The position numbers and the translations under genes were made by a program. 64,000 bases of DNA from an uncultured Proteiniphilum sp. (lineage in GTDB: Bacteria; Bacteroidota; Bacteroidia; Bacteroidales; Dysgonomonadaceae): positions 71,062-135,061 of the forward strand of contig CAZURM010000001.1 in assembly GCA_964622945.1 (NCBI GenBank), read 5' to 3'. The stretch's first letter is position 1. Each line of letters starts with the position of its first letter. Shown here in pieces: positions 56,545 to 64,000 of this stretch. Under the pieces are notes generated by a model, which worked only from the letters and a program-made list of their open reading frames with translations, searched no databases and was not told the DNA's origin.

Positions 56545-57339
56545 ATGGATTTATCTTATTTAAAGTCAGATAACTTTTTCCTTATGGCAGGTCCCTGTGT
56601 GATTGAAGATGAGGACATCACACTAAGAATAGCTGAAAAGATTAAAAATGTTACCGACAAGCTCTCTATCTCTTTGATTTTTAAAAGCTCGTTTCGCAAA
56701 GCTAATCGTTCAAGAGTAGATTCATTTACCGGGATAGGAGATGAAAAAGCATTGAAAATACTATTTAAGGTCAGTCATACTTTTGGTATTCCTACGGTTA
56801 CTGATATTCATGAAAGTAGTGAAGCCGAAATGGCAGCAGAGTATGTTGATGTTTTGCAAATACCTGCATTTCTATGTAGGCAAACTGAACTTCTTACTGC
56901 TGCAGCAAAAACAGGTAAAGTGGTTAATATAAAAAAGGGGCAATTCCTTTCTCCTGAGGCTATGAAATTTGCTGCTCAAAAGGTTGTTGAAAGTGGTAAT
57001 AATAATATTATTCTTACGGAAAGAGGTACCACATTTGGATATGGTGATTTAGTGGTAGATTTTCGTGGAATAACTACTATGAAGGAGTTTGGCTTTCCTG
57101 TAGTAATGGATATTACTCATAGCTTACAACAGCCTAACCAACCATCAGGTGTTACAGGAGGACACCCTCAGTTAATAGAAACTATTGCTAAAGCTGCTGT
57201 TGCTGTAGGTGTAGATGGATTGTTTCTTGAAACACATCCAGATCCAAAGAGTGCAAAATCTGATGGAGCTAATATGCTGCCTTTAGATAAACTAGAAGAG
57301 TTACTTGTGAAATTATTAAAGATTCATCGAGTTTTATAG
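56545..57339 (+). CDS. kdsA: 3-deoxy-8-phosphooctulonate synthase
   Basis: FLMAGPCVIE start, KSSFRKANRS, and the QIPAFLCRQT motif. Confidence 0.93.
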   Translation: MDLSYLKSDNFFLMAGPCVIEDEDITLRIAEKIKNVTDKLSISLIFKSSFRKANRSRVDSFTGIGDEKALKILFKVSHTFGIPTVTDIHESSEAEMAAEYVDVLQIPAFLCRQTELLTAAAKTGKVVNIKKGQFLSPEAMKFAAQKVVESGNNNIILTERGTTFGYGDLVVDFRGITTMKEFGFPVVMDITHSLQQPNQPSGVTGGHPQLIETIAKAAVAVGVDGLFLETHPDPKSAKSDGANMLPLDKLEELLVKLLKIHRVL

Positions 57340-57368
57340 TTCTTTTATATCGCTTTATTGACCTTTAA

Positions 57369-57376
57369 TATCTTTG
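57369..57376 (+). promoter_or_regulatory. Candidate -7 promoter box (TATCTTTG) for maf-lysC
   Basis: Lies 16 nt upstream of ATG 57393. Confidence 0.45.
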
Positions 57377-57392
57377 TTAGATGTTTTAAATA

Positions 57393-57968
57393 ATGAGAGT
57401 GACTGATTACAGAATAGTACTTGCATCCAATTCGCCAAGACGAAAAGAACTTCTTTCGGGAATTGATGTGGAGTATGAAACAAGAACGTTAAAAGATATA
57501 GATGAATCATATCCTGAAACAATCCATTTAGATGAGGTCGCAGGATATTTAGCGAAGAAAAAAGCATTAGCATATCTATCTGAACTGAGTGATGATGAGC
57601 TGCTTATAACAGCTGATACAATAGTGTTGTTGGATGGAGAAGTTATTGAAAAACCATCTGATGAGAATGATGCTATAGGGATGCTAAAGACTCTCTCAGG
57701 GAACACTCATAAAGTTATAACAGGTGTGTGTCTTACTTCCAAGGAAAAGCAGGTGTGTTTCTCTGATACAGCTCATGTTACATTTGGATATTTAAGTGAG
57801 GAGGAGATAAAATATTATGTATCAAACTACAAACCATTCGATAAGGCTGGCGCATATGGTGTTCAGGAGTGGATTGGTTATGTGGCAGTAGAGAAAATCG
57901 TAGGCTCTTATTTTAATGTTATGGGTCTGCCAATATTTAAGTTATATAGAGAGTTGAAAAAGTTTTAA
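57393..57968 (+). CDS. maf: Maf-family nucleoside triphosphate pyrophosphatase
   Basis: LASNSPRRKELL and KAGAYGVQ motifs. Confidence 0.9.
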   Translation: MRVTDYRIVLASNSPRRKELLSGIDVEYETRTLKDIDESYPETIHLDEVAGYLAKKKALAYLSELSDDELLITADTIVLLDGEVIEKPSDENDAIGMLKTLSGNTHKVITGVCLTSKEKQVCFSDTAHVTFGYLSEEEIKYYVSNYKPFDKAGAYGVQEWIGYVAVEKIVGSYFNVMGLPIFKLYRELKKF

Positions 57969-58000
57969 CAATTTAATTATTCATTTTTAATTAATATAAT

Positions 58001-59389
58001 ATGCTCACAGTAGAGAAAATAGGTGGTACATCCATGTCTCAGTTTCAGGATGTAATGCAAAATATAATCATGGAAAACCGTAATGGTGATGATCTTTACA
58101 ACAGAATATTTGTTGTCTCAGCATATAATAATGTTACTAACTGGTTGCTTGAGCATAAAAAAACTAATGAGCCGGGTATATATAATAAGTTCCTCAATGG
58201 AGAAGATTACAGTGTTGCGCTGGATTCTTTTTGTCAACGCTTGTTATTGATAAATGACGGATTCGCAGATTGCGGACTAGATCTGAAGGAGGCAAGTGAT
58301 TTTATTAGGTTTAGGGTTAATCAAGCAAAAACATTGCTTTATAGTCTTGGGAAAGTTCTTGCATCAGGCTATGTCAATCGAACCGATATACATCTTGCTG
58401 CACGTGAAATATTGGCTTCTATTGGGGAGGCTCACTCAGGTTGGAATTCAGCGAATATACTCAATAACAATGGTATAAATGCTCGCTTTATAGATCTGTG
58501 TGGGTTTAACGATAATGAGCCGCTAACCATTGATGAGCGTATTCATAAAGAGTTTAATGGCATTGATTTCAGCAAGGTGCTTTGTATAGTCACAGGATAT
58601 ACAAAAGGTACTGAAGGTATTATGCGTGCTTTTGATAGAGGGTATAGTGAAGTGACATTTAGTAAAATTGCTGTTGAAGTGAAAGCTGATGAGGCCGTAA
58701 TTCATAAGGAGTATCATCTTTCAAGTGCTGATCCTAAAATTGTAGGTGTGGAAAATAGCATTCCGGTGGGACATACAAATTATATAATTGCAGATCAACT
58801 GGCAGACATAGGAATGGAAGCCATTCATCCTAAAGCTGCTAAACCACTTGAGCTGGCTGGTATCGATATACGTATTAAAAACACTTTCGATCCTGAACAT
58901 CCAGGCACAATAATTTCGAGAGACTATATATCTCCTGAACCTAAGGTGGAGATTGTGTCAGGTTCACGAAAAGTGATAGCTATTGAAGTTCATGATCCAA
59001 TGATGGTTGGTGAAGTTGGATTTGACGGCAGGATTATGAATTATTTTGTTAAGTATGATGTCAGCTATATACTTAAATCTACTAATGCAAACTCTATCAC
59101 TATGGTAGTTTGGGATAATGAAAAAAGTAAAGCTTTGACAAATGTTCTCAAAGATGTTTTTTATCAGGTAACAGCTAAACCTATGGCAATTATATGTGTT
59201 ATGGGATCAAATATTGCTTTACCCGGTTTCTTATATCGTGCCGCCAAGGCTTTATACGATAAAGGTATAAATATAGAAAGTTTTGCCCAATCTCTTATGC
59301 AGGTAAACATGCAGTTTGTAATTAGGCGCGAGCAATACGAAGATGCTGTAATAGCCCTAAATGAGGCACTTTGCAAGTCATCTGAGTAA
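58001..59389 (+). CDS. lysC: Aspartate kinase (monofunctional)
   Basis: N-terminal VEKIGGTSM kinase start, an amino-acid kinase fold, and C-terminal ACT-like repeats. Confidence 0.8.
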   Translation: MLTVEKIGGTSMSQFQDVMQNIIMENRNGDDLYNRIFVVSAYNNVTNWLLEHKKTNEPGIYNKFLNGEDYSVALDSFCQRLLLINDGFADCGLDLKEASDFIRFRVNQAKTLLYSLGKVLASGYVNRTDIHLAAREILASIGEAHSGWNSANILNNNGINARFIDLCGFNDNEPLTIDERIHKEFNGIDFSKVLCIVTGYTKGTEGIMRAFDRGYSEVTFSKIAVEVKADEAVIHKEYHLSSADPKIVGVENSIPVGHTNYIIADQLADIGMEAIHPKAAKPLELAGIDIRIKNTFDPEHPGTIISRDYISPEPKVEIVSGSRKVIAIEVHDPMMVGEVGFDGRIMNYFVKYDVSYILKSTNANSITMVVWDNEKSKALTNVLKDVFYQVTAKPMAIICVMGSNIALPGFLYRAAKALYDKGINIESFAQSLMQVNMQFVIRREQYEDAVIALNEALCKSSE

Positions 59390-59392
59390 CTA

Positions 59393-60619
59393 TTACTCTT
59401 CTTCGTCGTAAGTTTGATATAGAAAATCGTTATATGGAAAGCGTGTTACATGGATCTCTTTCACTTTCTCGTAGATTAACATTTTAAGCGCATCGATATT
59501 TTCTTTTTCTAAAGCTGAGATAAATATACAGTTTTCTCTTAGCTTGCTTAGCCACGTTTTTTTGAGTTCATCAAGTGTATAATTCTCGCGCTTCTTAGGG
59601 GTTAGATCATCTTCATCCTTTTCAGTGTGAGTAAATGCGTCTATTTTATTGAAGACCAATACGGTAGGCTTTTTAGTGTCGTCAATTTCATAAAGAGTCT
59701 TTTCTACTACCTCAATCTGCTCAGCAAATGCGGGATGTGAAACATCAACTATATGAAGAAGAATATCTGCTTCACGAACCTCATCAAGTGTTGATTTAAA
59801 CGATTCAACTAAGTGAGTGGGTAGTTTACGAATAAATCCGACAGTATCTGTCATTAAGAATGGCAAATTCTTAATAGTTACCTTACGAACAGTAGTGTCA
59901 AGTGTAGCAAACAATTTGTCTTCTGCAAATACTTCACTTTTACTTAATAAAGTCATTAAAGTTGATTTACCAACATTTGTGTAACCTACAAGAGCAACGC
60001 GTACCAAGTTGCCTCTATTTTTTCGCTGAACAGTTTTTTGTTTGTCTATATCTTTAAGTTGCTGTTTTAGTCTTGAAATCTTGTCGAGAATAATCCTTCT
60101 GTCGGTTTCTAGCTGAGTTTCACCTGGCCCACGCATAATTGTGCCTCCACCACCTCTTTGCCTCTCGAGGTGTGTCCACATACGTGTTAGACGTGGAAGT
60201 AAATATATATACTGAGCAAGTTCAACCTGCACCTTAGCATGAGATGTTTGAGCCCTCATAGCGAAAATATCAAGTATCAGACTAGTCCTGTCCATAATGC
60301 GTAGATTAAGTACTTTTTCAATATTACGAATCTGTCGAGCCGACAATTCATCGTCAAAAATTACAACACCTACTTCATTATCTTCATCCTTAACATACTC
60401 TTCAATTTCTTGCAGCTTTCCCTTGCCTACAAAAGTAGCAGTATTAGGCATATCTAATTTCTGCAAATATCTCTTGTTAGGCACAAGTCCGGCAGTTTCA
60501 GCCAGGAAGGCCAGTTCATCAAGGTATTCGTTTACCTTCTCTTCATTTTGTTCCTGCGTAATAAGACCAACAAGAACAGCATTTTCATTTTTAATATCTT
60601 GAGCAATAAAGTCCTTCAT
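59393..60619 (-). CDS. hflX: GTPase HflX
   Basis: HflX N-domain, G1 motif GYTNVGKST, G3 motif DTVGF, and G4 motif NKID. Confidence 0.95.
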   Translation of the reverse strand: MKDFIAQDIKNENAVLVGLITQEQNEEKVNEYLDELAFLAETAGLVPNKRYLQKLDMPNTATFVGKGKLQEIEEYVKDEDNEVGVVIFDDELSARQIRNIEKVLNLRIMDRTSLILDIFAMRAQTSHAKVQVELAQYIYLLPRLTRMWTHLERQRGGGGTIMRGPGETQLETDRRIILDKISRLKQQLKDIDKQKTVQRKNRGNLVRVALVGYTNVGKSTLMTLLSKSEVFAEDKLFATLDTTVRKVTIKNLPFLMTDTVGFIRKLPTHLVESFKSTLDEVREADILLHIVDVSHPAFAEQIEVVEKTLYEIDDTKKPTVLVFNKIDAFTHTEKDEDDLTPKKRENYTLDELKKTWLSKLRENCIFISALEKENIDALKMLIYEKVKEIHVTRFPYNDFLYQTYDEEE

Positions 60620-60631
60620 AAAAGATGTTTT

Positions 60632-61120
60632 TTAAAACCAAAAACCAAAGCCGGCTGTAAATAAAACTTGAGAATAGTCACGTATAAATTGATACTTCAG
60701 TTCGAAGTTTGCCCTCACTCTATAGGCTATGTCATGTTGAAATCCAAGGCCTAGATTAGCTCCCAAACGTTGTTTGGTTTTCCGTGTCTCTTCAGAAAAA
60801 TCATCTAACACCCAGCTTGAGTAATTAATTCCACCAATAGGATAAAATGAAGCAGTAATTGAAACTGGCAAAATATAGTTCGCATCTGCATCAATCATCC
60901 ACATGGAGTCATTTTTTATTTTATAAAAATATGTAAAAGAGGGGGCAAAACGTAAATTGTTAGTGTGATAATAATGTAGATGTCCGCCAACCCCCGGTGC
61001 ATTAATCTCGGTGGCATAACCTACATGAGCTCCAATACCAAAAGTGCCTTCAAACTGAGCAAGCAGATTAGAGGTTGAAAATATAAGAAAAACAGCAAAT
61101 ACTTGTATGGTTCTTTTCAT
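60632..61120 (-). CDS. Small outer-membrane beta-barrel (porin-family/OmpW-like) protein
   Basis: Signal peptide, alternating strands, and a C-terminal aromatic terminus GFGFWF. Confidence 0.6.
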   Translation of the reverse strand: MKRTIQVFAVFLIFSTSNLLAQFEGTFGIGAHVGYATEINAPGVGGHLHYYHTNNLRFAPSFTYFYKIKNDSMWMIDADANYILPVSITASFYPIGGINYSSWVLDDFSEETRKTKQRLGANLGLGFQHDIAYRVRANFELKYQFIRDYSQVLFTAGFGFWF

Positions 61121-61140
61121 ATAATTCTATTTTTATAAAG

Positions 61141-61148
61141 CAAAGATA
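61141..61148 (-). promoter_or_regulatory. Candidate -7 promoter box (TATCTTTG on minus strand) for the OMP-hflX pair
   Basis: The + strand reads CAAAGATA. The box lies 20 nt upstream of ATG 61120. Confidence 0.5.
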
Positions 61149-61191
61149 ATCAAATGATAAAGAGTAATAGGAATGTAGTGTTTGATACTTG

Positions 61192-62256
61192 TCAGATTAT
61201 CATACCACTGCCTAAGCACAGCTTTGCTTCCTTATTATAAACTACTCCAAACTGTCCGGCAGCTACACCCTGTATTGGCGTATTAGAATGAATGGTGAAC
61301 ATATCTCCTTTTTTTGAAATCACACCTGTAGAAAATTCAGGGGTATGTCTAATCTTAAAACTTACCTCTATCTCATCATCAAAATCTCCCCAAAGATCTT
61401 TGGTAATATACTCAAATCCTTGCAAATTTACCACATTGCCATACTGATGTTTTGTGTTGTAGCCTTTTGATACATATATGATATTACGATTTACATCCTT
61501 CTTGATAACAAACCATGGACCACCACTTAATCCCAACCCTTTACGTTGTCCAATTGTATGGAACCAGTAGCCTTGATGTTTACCCAGTATATTACCTGTT
61601 TCCAACTCTACTATAAGTCCTTCTTTTTTACCTATATATCGTTCAATAAACTCGTTGTAATTCACCTTTCCTAGAAAACAAATACCTTGACTGTCTTTTC
61701 TTTTTGCGGAAGGTAGTTTTTGTATTGATGCTATTTTACGTACTTCAGATTTTAAAAGATTACCTATAGGGAACATTAGTTTTGAAACTTGCAAATAATT
61801 TATTTGGCCAAGGAAATAGGTTTGATCTTTTATTTTGTCCTTCGCCGTTGATAACCAAGTCAAACTATCTAGCTCAGTAGTAGTAGCATAGTGTCCCGTA
61901 GCAATTTTATCAAAATTGTGACCCCATTTCTGTTCGAACATTCCAAACTTTATAAGCTTATTACACATCATATCCGGATTGGGCGTCAATCCTCGCTTGA
62001 CAGAATCAATAGTGTAGCGAACAACAGTGTCCCAGTATTCTTTGTGCAGGGATACAACTTCAAAACGGCAACCATACTTTTTTGCAATATAAGTTACGAT
62101 TTCAATATCCTCTTCTGAAGGGCAGTCGATATATCCATTCTCATTTTCCATACCTATCTTAATATAAAAAATGGTAGGATTGTATCCCATCTCTTTTAAT
62201 TGATGTACTACAACCGAACTATCTACTCCACCTGAAACTAATGCTGCAATCTCCAT
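61192..62256 (-). CDS. mnmA: tRNA 2-thiouridine(34) synthase
   Basis: PP-loop SGGVDSS. 354 aa. Confidence 0.95.
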   Translation of the reverse strand: MEIAALVSGGVDSSVVVHQLKEMGYNPTIFYIKIGMENENGYIDCPSEEDIEIVTYIAKKYGCRFEVVSLHKEYWDTVVRYTIDSVKRGLTPNPDMMCNKLIKFGMFEQKWGHNFDKIATGHYATTTELDSLTWLSTAKDKIKDQTYFLGQINYLQVSKLMFPIGNLLKSEVRKIASIQKLPSAKRKDSQGICFLGKVNYNEFIERYIGKKEGLIVELETGNILGKHQGYWFHTIGQRKGLGLSGGPWFVIKKDVNRNIIYVSKGYNTKHQYGNVVNLQGFEYITKDLWGDFDDEIEVSFKIRHTPEFSTGVISKKGDMFTIHSNTPIQGVAAGQFGVVYNKEAKLCLGSGMII

Positions 62257-62285
62257 TTTTTAGTTCTAAGCTTGATTTTGAGATA

Positions 62286-62293
62286 CAAAGATA
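62286..62293 (-). promoter_or_regulatory. Candidate -7 promoter box (TATCTTTG on minus strand) for mnmA
   Basis: The + strand reads CAAAGATA. The box lies 29 nt upstream of ATG 62256. Confidence 0.5.
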
Positions 62294-62358
62294 ATCAATT
62301 GTCTTGGAATATTTTATTTTTATTTATACCCAAAAAAGGATTAACAAAAAATAAATAC

Positions 62359-62366
62359 TATCTTTA
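62359..62366 (+). promoter_or_regulatory. Imperfect -7-like box (TATCTTTA) upstream of recJ
   Basis: Matches 7 of the 8 positions of TATCTTTG; the final G of the TAnnTTTG consensus is replaced by A. It lies 137 nt upstream of the recJ ATG. Confidence 0.3.
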
Positions 62367-62503
62367 CATCTTCGGGATGGCATATTTTCAATAAAAACCA
62401 TCACTGAGATATTTTAGTAGCAGAAAACAAGCATGTTTTCAGGTTGCATCCACTACCCGAAGTGAGTTCGGGACTCAAGAGAAAAGAAAAATGATATATA
62501 TAA

Positions 62504-64000
62504 ATGACTTACAGATGGAATTATTCAACCCTATCAAACGACCAAATAATTAGAAAAGATGAACTAGCGAAAGAATTGAATATACATCCCGTTTTAGCTG
62601 AACTGCTTGTCAATAAAGGAATTGATACGAAAGAAATGGCAATGAAGTTTTTATATCCAAGTCTGGATGATTTACATGACCCATTTCTACTTCCCGATAT
62701 GAATGAAGCAATCGAGCGAATCGAAAAAGCACTTGGCAACAAAGAAAGAATTTTGATTTACGGTGATTATGATGTAGATGGCACAACAGCCGTAGCATTG
62801 GTATACAAGTTTTTTCGAGGAATTACAAATAATATTGATTATTATATTCCTAACAGGTACGATGAGGGGTATGGCATTTCGTTTCAAGGAATCGATTATG
62901 CCGTGAAAACAGGTGTTAAACTTATAATTTCTCTTGACTGCGGTATAAAAGCAATAAATAAAGTGCAATATGCCAAGGATAAAGGTGTTGACTTAATAAT
63001 TGGCGACCATCATGTACCAGACGCCGAACTTCCAAATGCAATTGCCGTAGTAGATGCAAAACGTACTGACTCCATATATCCATACGATGAATTATCAGGT
63101 TGTGGAGTAGGATTTAAGATTGTGCAGGCATTTTCGCAAAGAAACGGATATCCATTTTCTGATATAGAGCCATTGCTTGACCTTGTAGCCGTTAGTATAG
63201 CATCTGATATTGTGGCACTTACCGGCGAAAACAGAGTTATGACATTTTATGGTTTAAAACAACTCAATTCTAACCCAAGTTTTGGTCTTAGGGGGATTAT
63301 TGAAATTTGTGGACTACACCGTAAACATATTACAGTCAACGATATTGTATTTAAAATAGGTCCTCGTATAAATGCTTCCGGTAGGATGATGAATGGTAAA
63401 GAGGCGGTTGATCTTATGCTTGCAAATGATATGACATCTGCTCGTGAAAAGAGTAAAAACATAGATCAGTACAATCTCGACCGCCGTGAGTTGGATAAAA
63501 AGATAACTGACGAGGCAATAGAATATATAGATAATAATCTTGATATTGAAAATCAAACAAGTATAGTTTTATATAATGAAACATGGCATAAGGGGATTGT
63601 TGGAATTGTTGCTTCGCGACTAAGTGAAAAATATTATCGTCCAGCCGTGGTTCTTACTAAATCAAATGGAATGATATCCGGTTCTGCACGTTCAGTGCCT
63701 GGTTTTGATGTATATAAAGCCATAGAATCATGCCGTGACATATTAGAAAACTTTGGAGGACACACATATGCAGCTGGCCTGACTCTACGCGAAGAGAACC
63801 TGCTAGAGTTTAAGGATCGATTTAATAGACTTTCATTTGACGGTTTAGAACCAAGGATGATGTCTCCACAGATCACAGTTGACGCAGAAATCTCTTTTTT
63901 AGATATTACCCCTGAGTTTATTGAAGGACTTAAACTTTTTAACCCTTTCGGTCCGGAAAACGAAAATCCTGTTTTTCTTACAAGAAATGTAACCGATTCA
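62504..64000 (+). CDS. recJ: Single-stranded-DNA-specific exonuclease RecJ (3' end beyond the window)
   Basis: Absent from the ORF track because no stop codon falls in the window. Hand translation from ATG 62504 gives MTYRWNYSTL...LHDPFLLPDM...ILIYGDYDVDGTTA...GDHHV...GGHTYAAG, covering the DHH and DHHA1 motifs. The frame stays open to 64000 (499 codons). Confidence 0.92.
   Translation, partial: MTYRWNYSTLSNDQIIRKDELAKELNIHPVLAELLVNKGIDTKEMAMKFLYPSLDDLHDPFLLPDMNEAIERIEKALGNKERILIYGDYDVDGTTAVALVYKFFRGITNNIDYYIPNRYDEGYGISFQGIDYAVKTGVKLIISLDCGIKAINKVQYAKDKGVDLIIGDHHVPDAELPNAIAVVDAKRTDSIYPYDELSGCGVGFKIVQAFSQRNGYPFSDIEPLLDLVAVSIASDIVALTGENRVMTFYGLKQLNSNPSFGLRGIIEICGLHRKHITVNDIVFKIGPRINASGRMMNGKEAVDLMLANDMTSAREKSKNIDQYNLDRRELDKKITDEAIEYIDNNLDIENQTSIVLYNETWHKGIVGIVASRLSEKYYRPAVVLTKSNGMISGSARSVPGFDVYKAIESCRDILENFGGHTYAAGLTLREENLLEFKDRFNRLSFDGLEPRMMSPQITVDAEISFLDITPEFIEGLKLFNPFGPENENPVFLTRNVTDS

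Noticed and set aside
62491-62553. 20-codon uORF overlapping the recJ start
   Set aside because: It is noted within the recJ leader finding, but there is no evidence that it is translated. The RecJ N-terminus from ATG 62504 (MTYRWNY...) looks like a genuine RecJ start.
62521-63876. Six minus-strand ORFs (62-93 aa) listed in the track between 62521 and 63876
   Set aside because: All are antisense to the hand-translated RecJ frame, which carries the DHH and DHHA1 motifs and is open through the end of the window.
1-64000. Search for CRISPR arrays, IS elements or transposases, integrases, tRNA/rRNA genes, toxin-antitoxin pairs and defence islands
   Set aside because: None were found. Every ORF of 100 aa or more that I accepted as a gene has a housekeeping or envelope-type assignment or is a conserved-looking hypothetical. 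There are no direct-repeat/spacer arrays and no terminal inverted repeats flanking any gene. No intergenic segment has a tRNA-like cloverleaf. This check was done by eye only, so short or degenerate elements could have been missed.

Overview
This is an AT-rich, gene-dense chromosomal core segment of a Bacteroidota genome, probably Bacteroidales. I call about 63 protein-coding genes. I found no rRNA or tRNA genes, CRISPR arrays, transposases, integrases, prophage genes or recognisable defence genes. The phylum assignment rests on four things: a T9SS porV gene, a complete MoxR-DUF58-BatA-E aerotolerance-type cluster, the DUF6089-uppS-bamA-ompH-ompH envelope operon, and more than 20 Bacteroides-type -7 promoter boxes (TAnnTTTG) lying 16-46 nt upstream of start codons. 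Gene blocks in order: rex/FAH, porV-ispF, PduO-type adenosyltransferase, DUF2795. Then trxA-dnaE (minus strand), an aromatic amino-acid operon (pheA, aminotransferase, DAHP synthase/chorismate mutase, tyrA), PPIase, lptF/G-tgt, and the bat cluster plus a PAP2 phosphatase. Then HTH plus Usp, the bamA operon, ribD, prmC-recX-comF-pyrE, sulP-ygiQ, acyl-CoA ligase, leuS-yitT and the nusB-yajC-ybbR-coaE operon. Finally rplY-pth-S4, comB, kdsA-maf-lysC, hflX, mnmA and recJ (3' truncated by the window end). Several long ORF-track calls begin at the TTG inside a TAnnTTTG promoter box, and I re-set those starts to the next ATG. The window is mostly ordinary housekeeping DNA, and I see no convincing novel multi-gene system. 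The best candidate I found by reading the sequence is an unannotated 18-codon Phe/Tyr-rich leader ORF with terminator/antiterminator pairings upstream of pheA. Lesser items are a Gly/Tyr repeat insertion in BamA, an Asp-box propeller lipoprotein next to the BAM operon, unusually long structured leaders for rplY and recJ, an 11-nt-phased direct-repeat array, and the sulP-ygiQ pairing. All product calls come from motif and family recognition by eye; I ran no database search.
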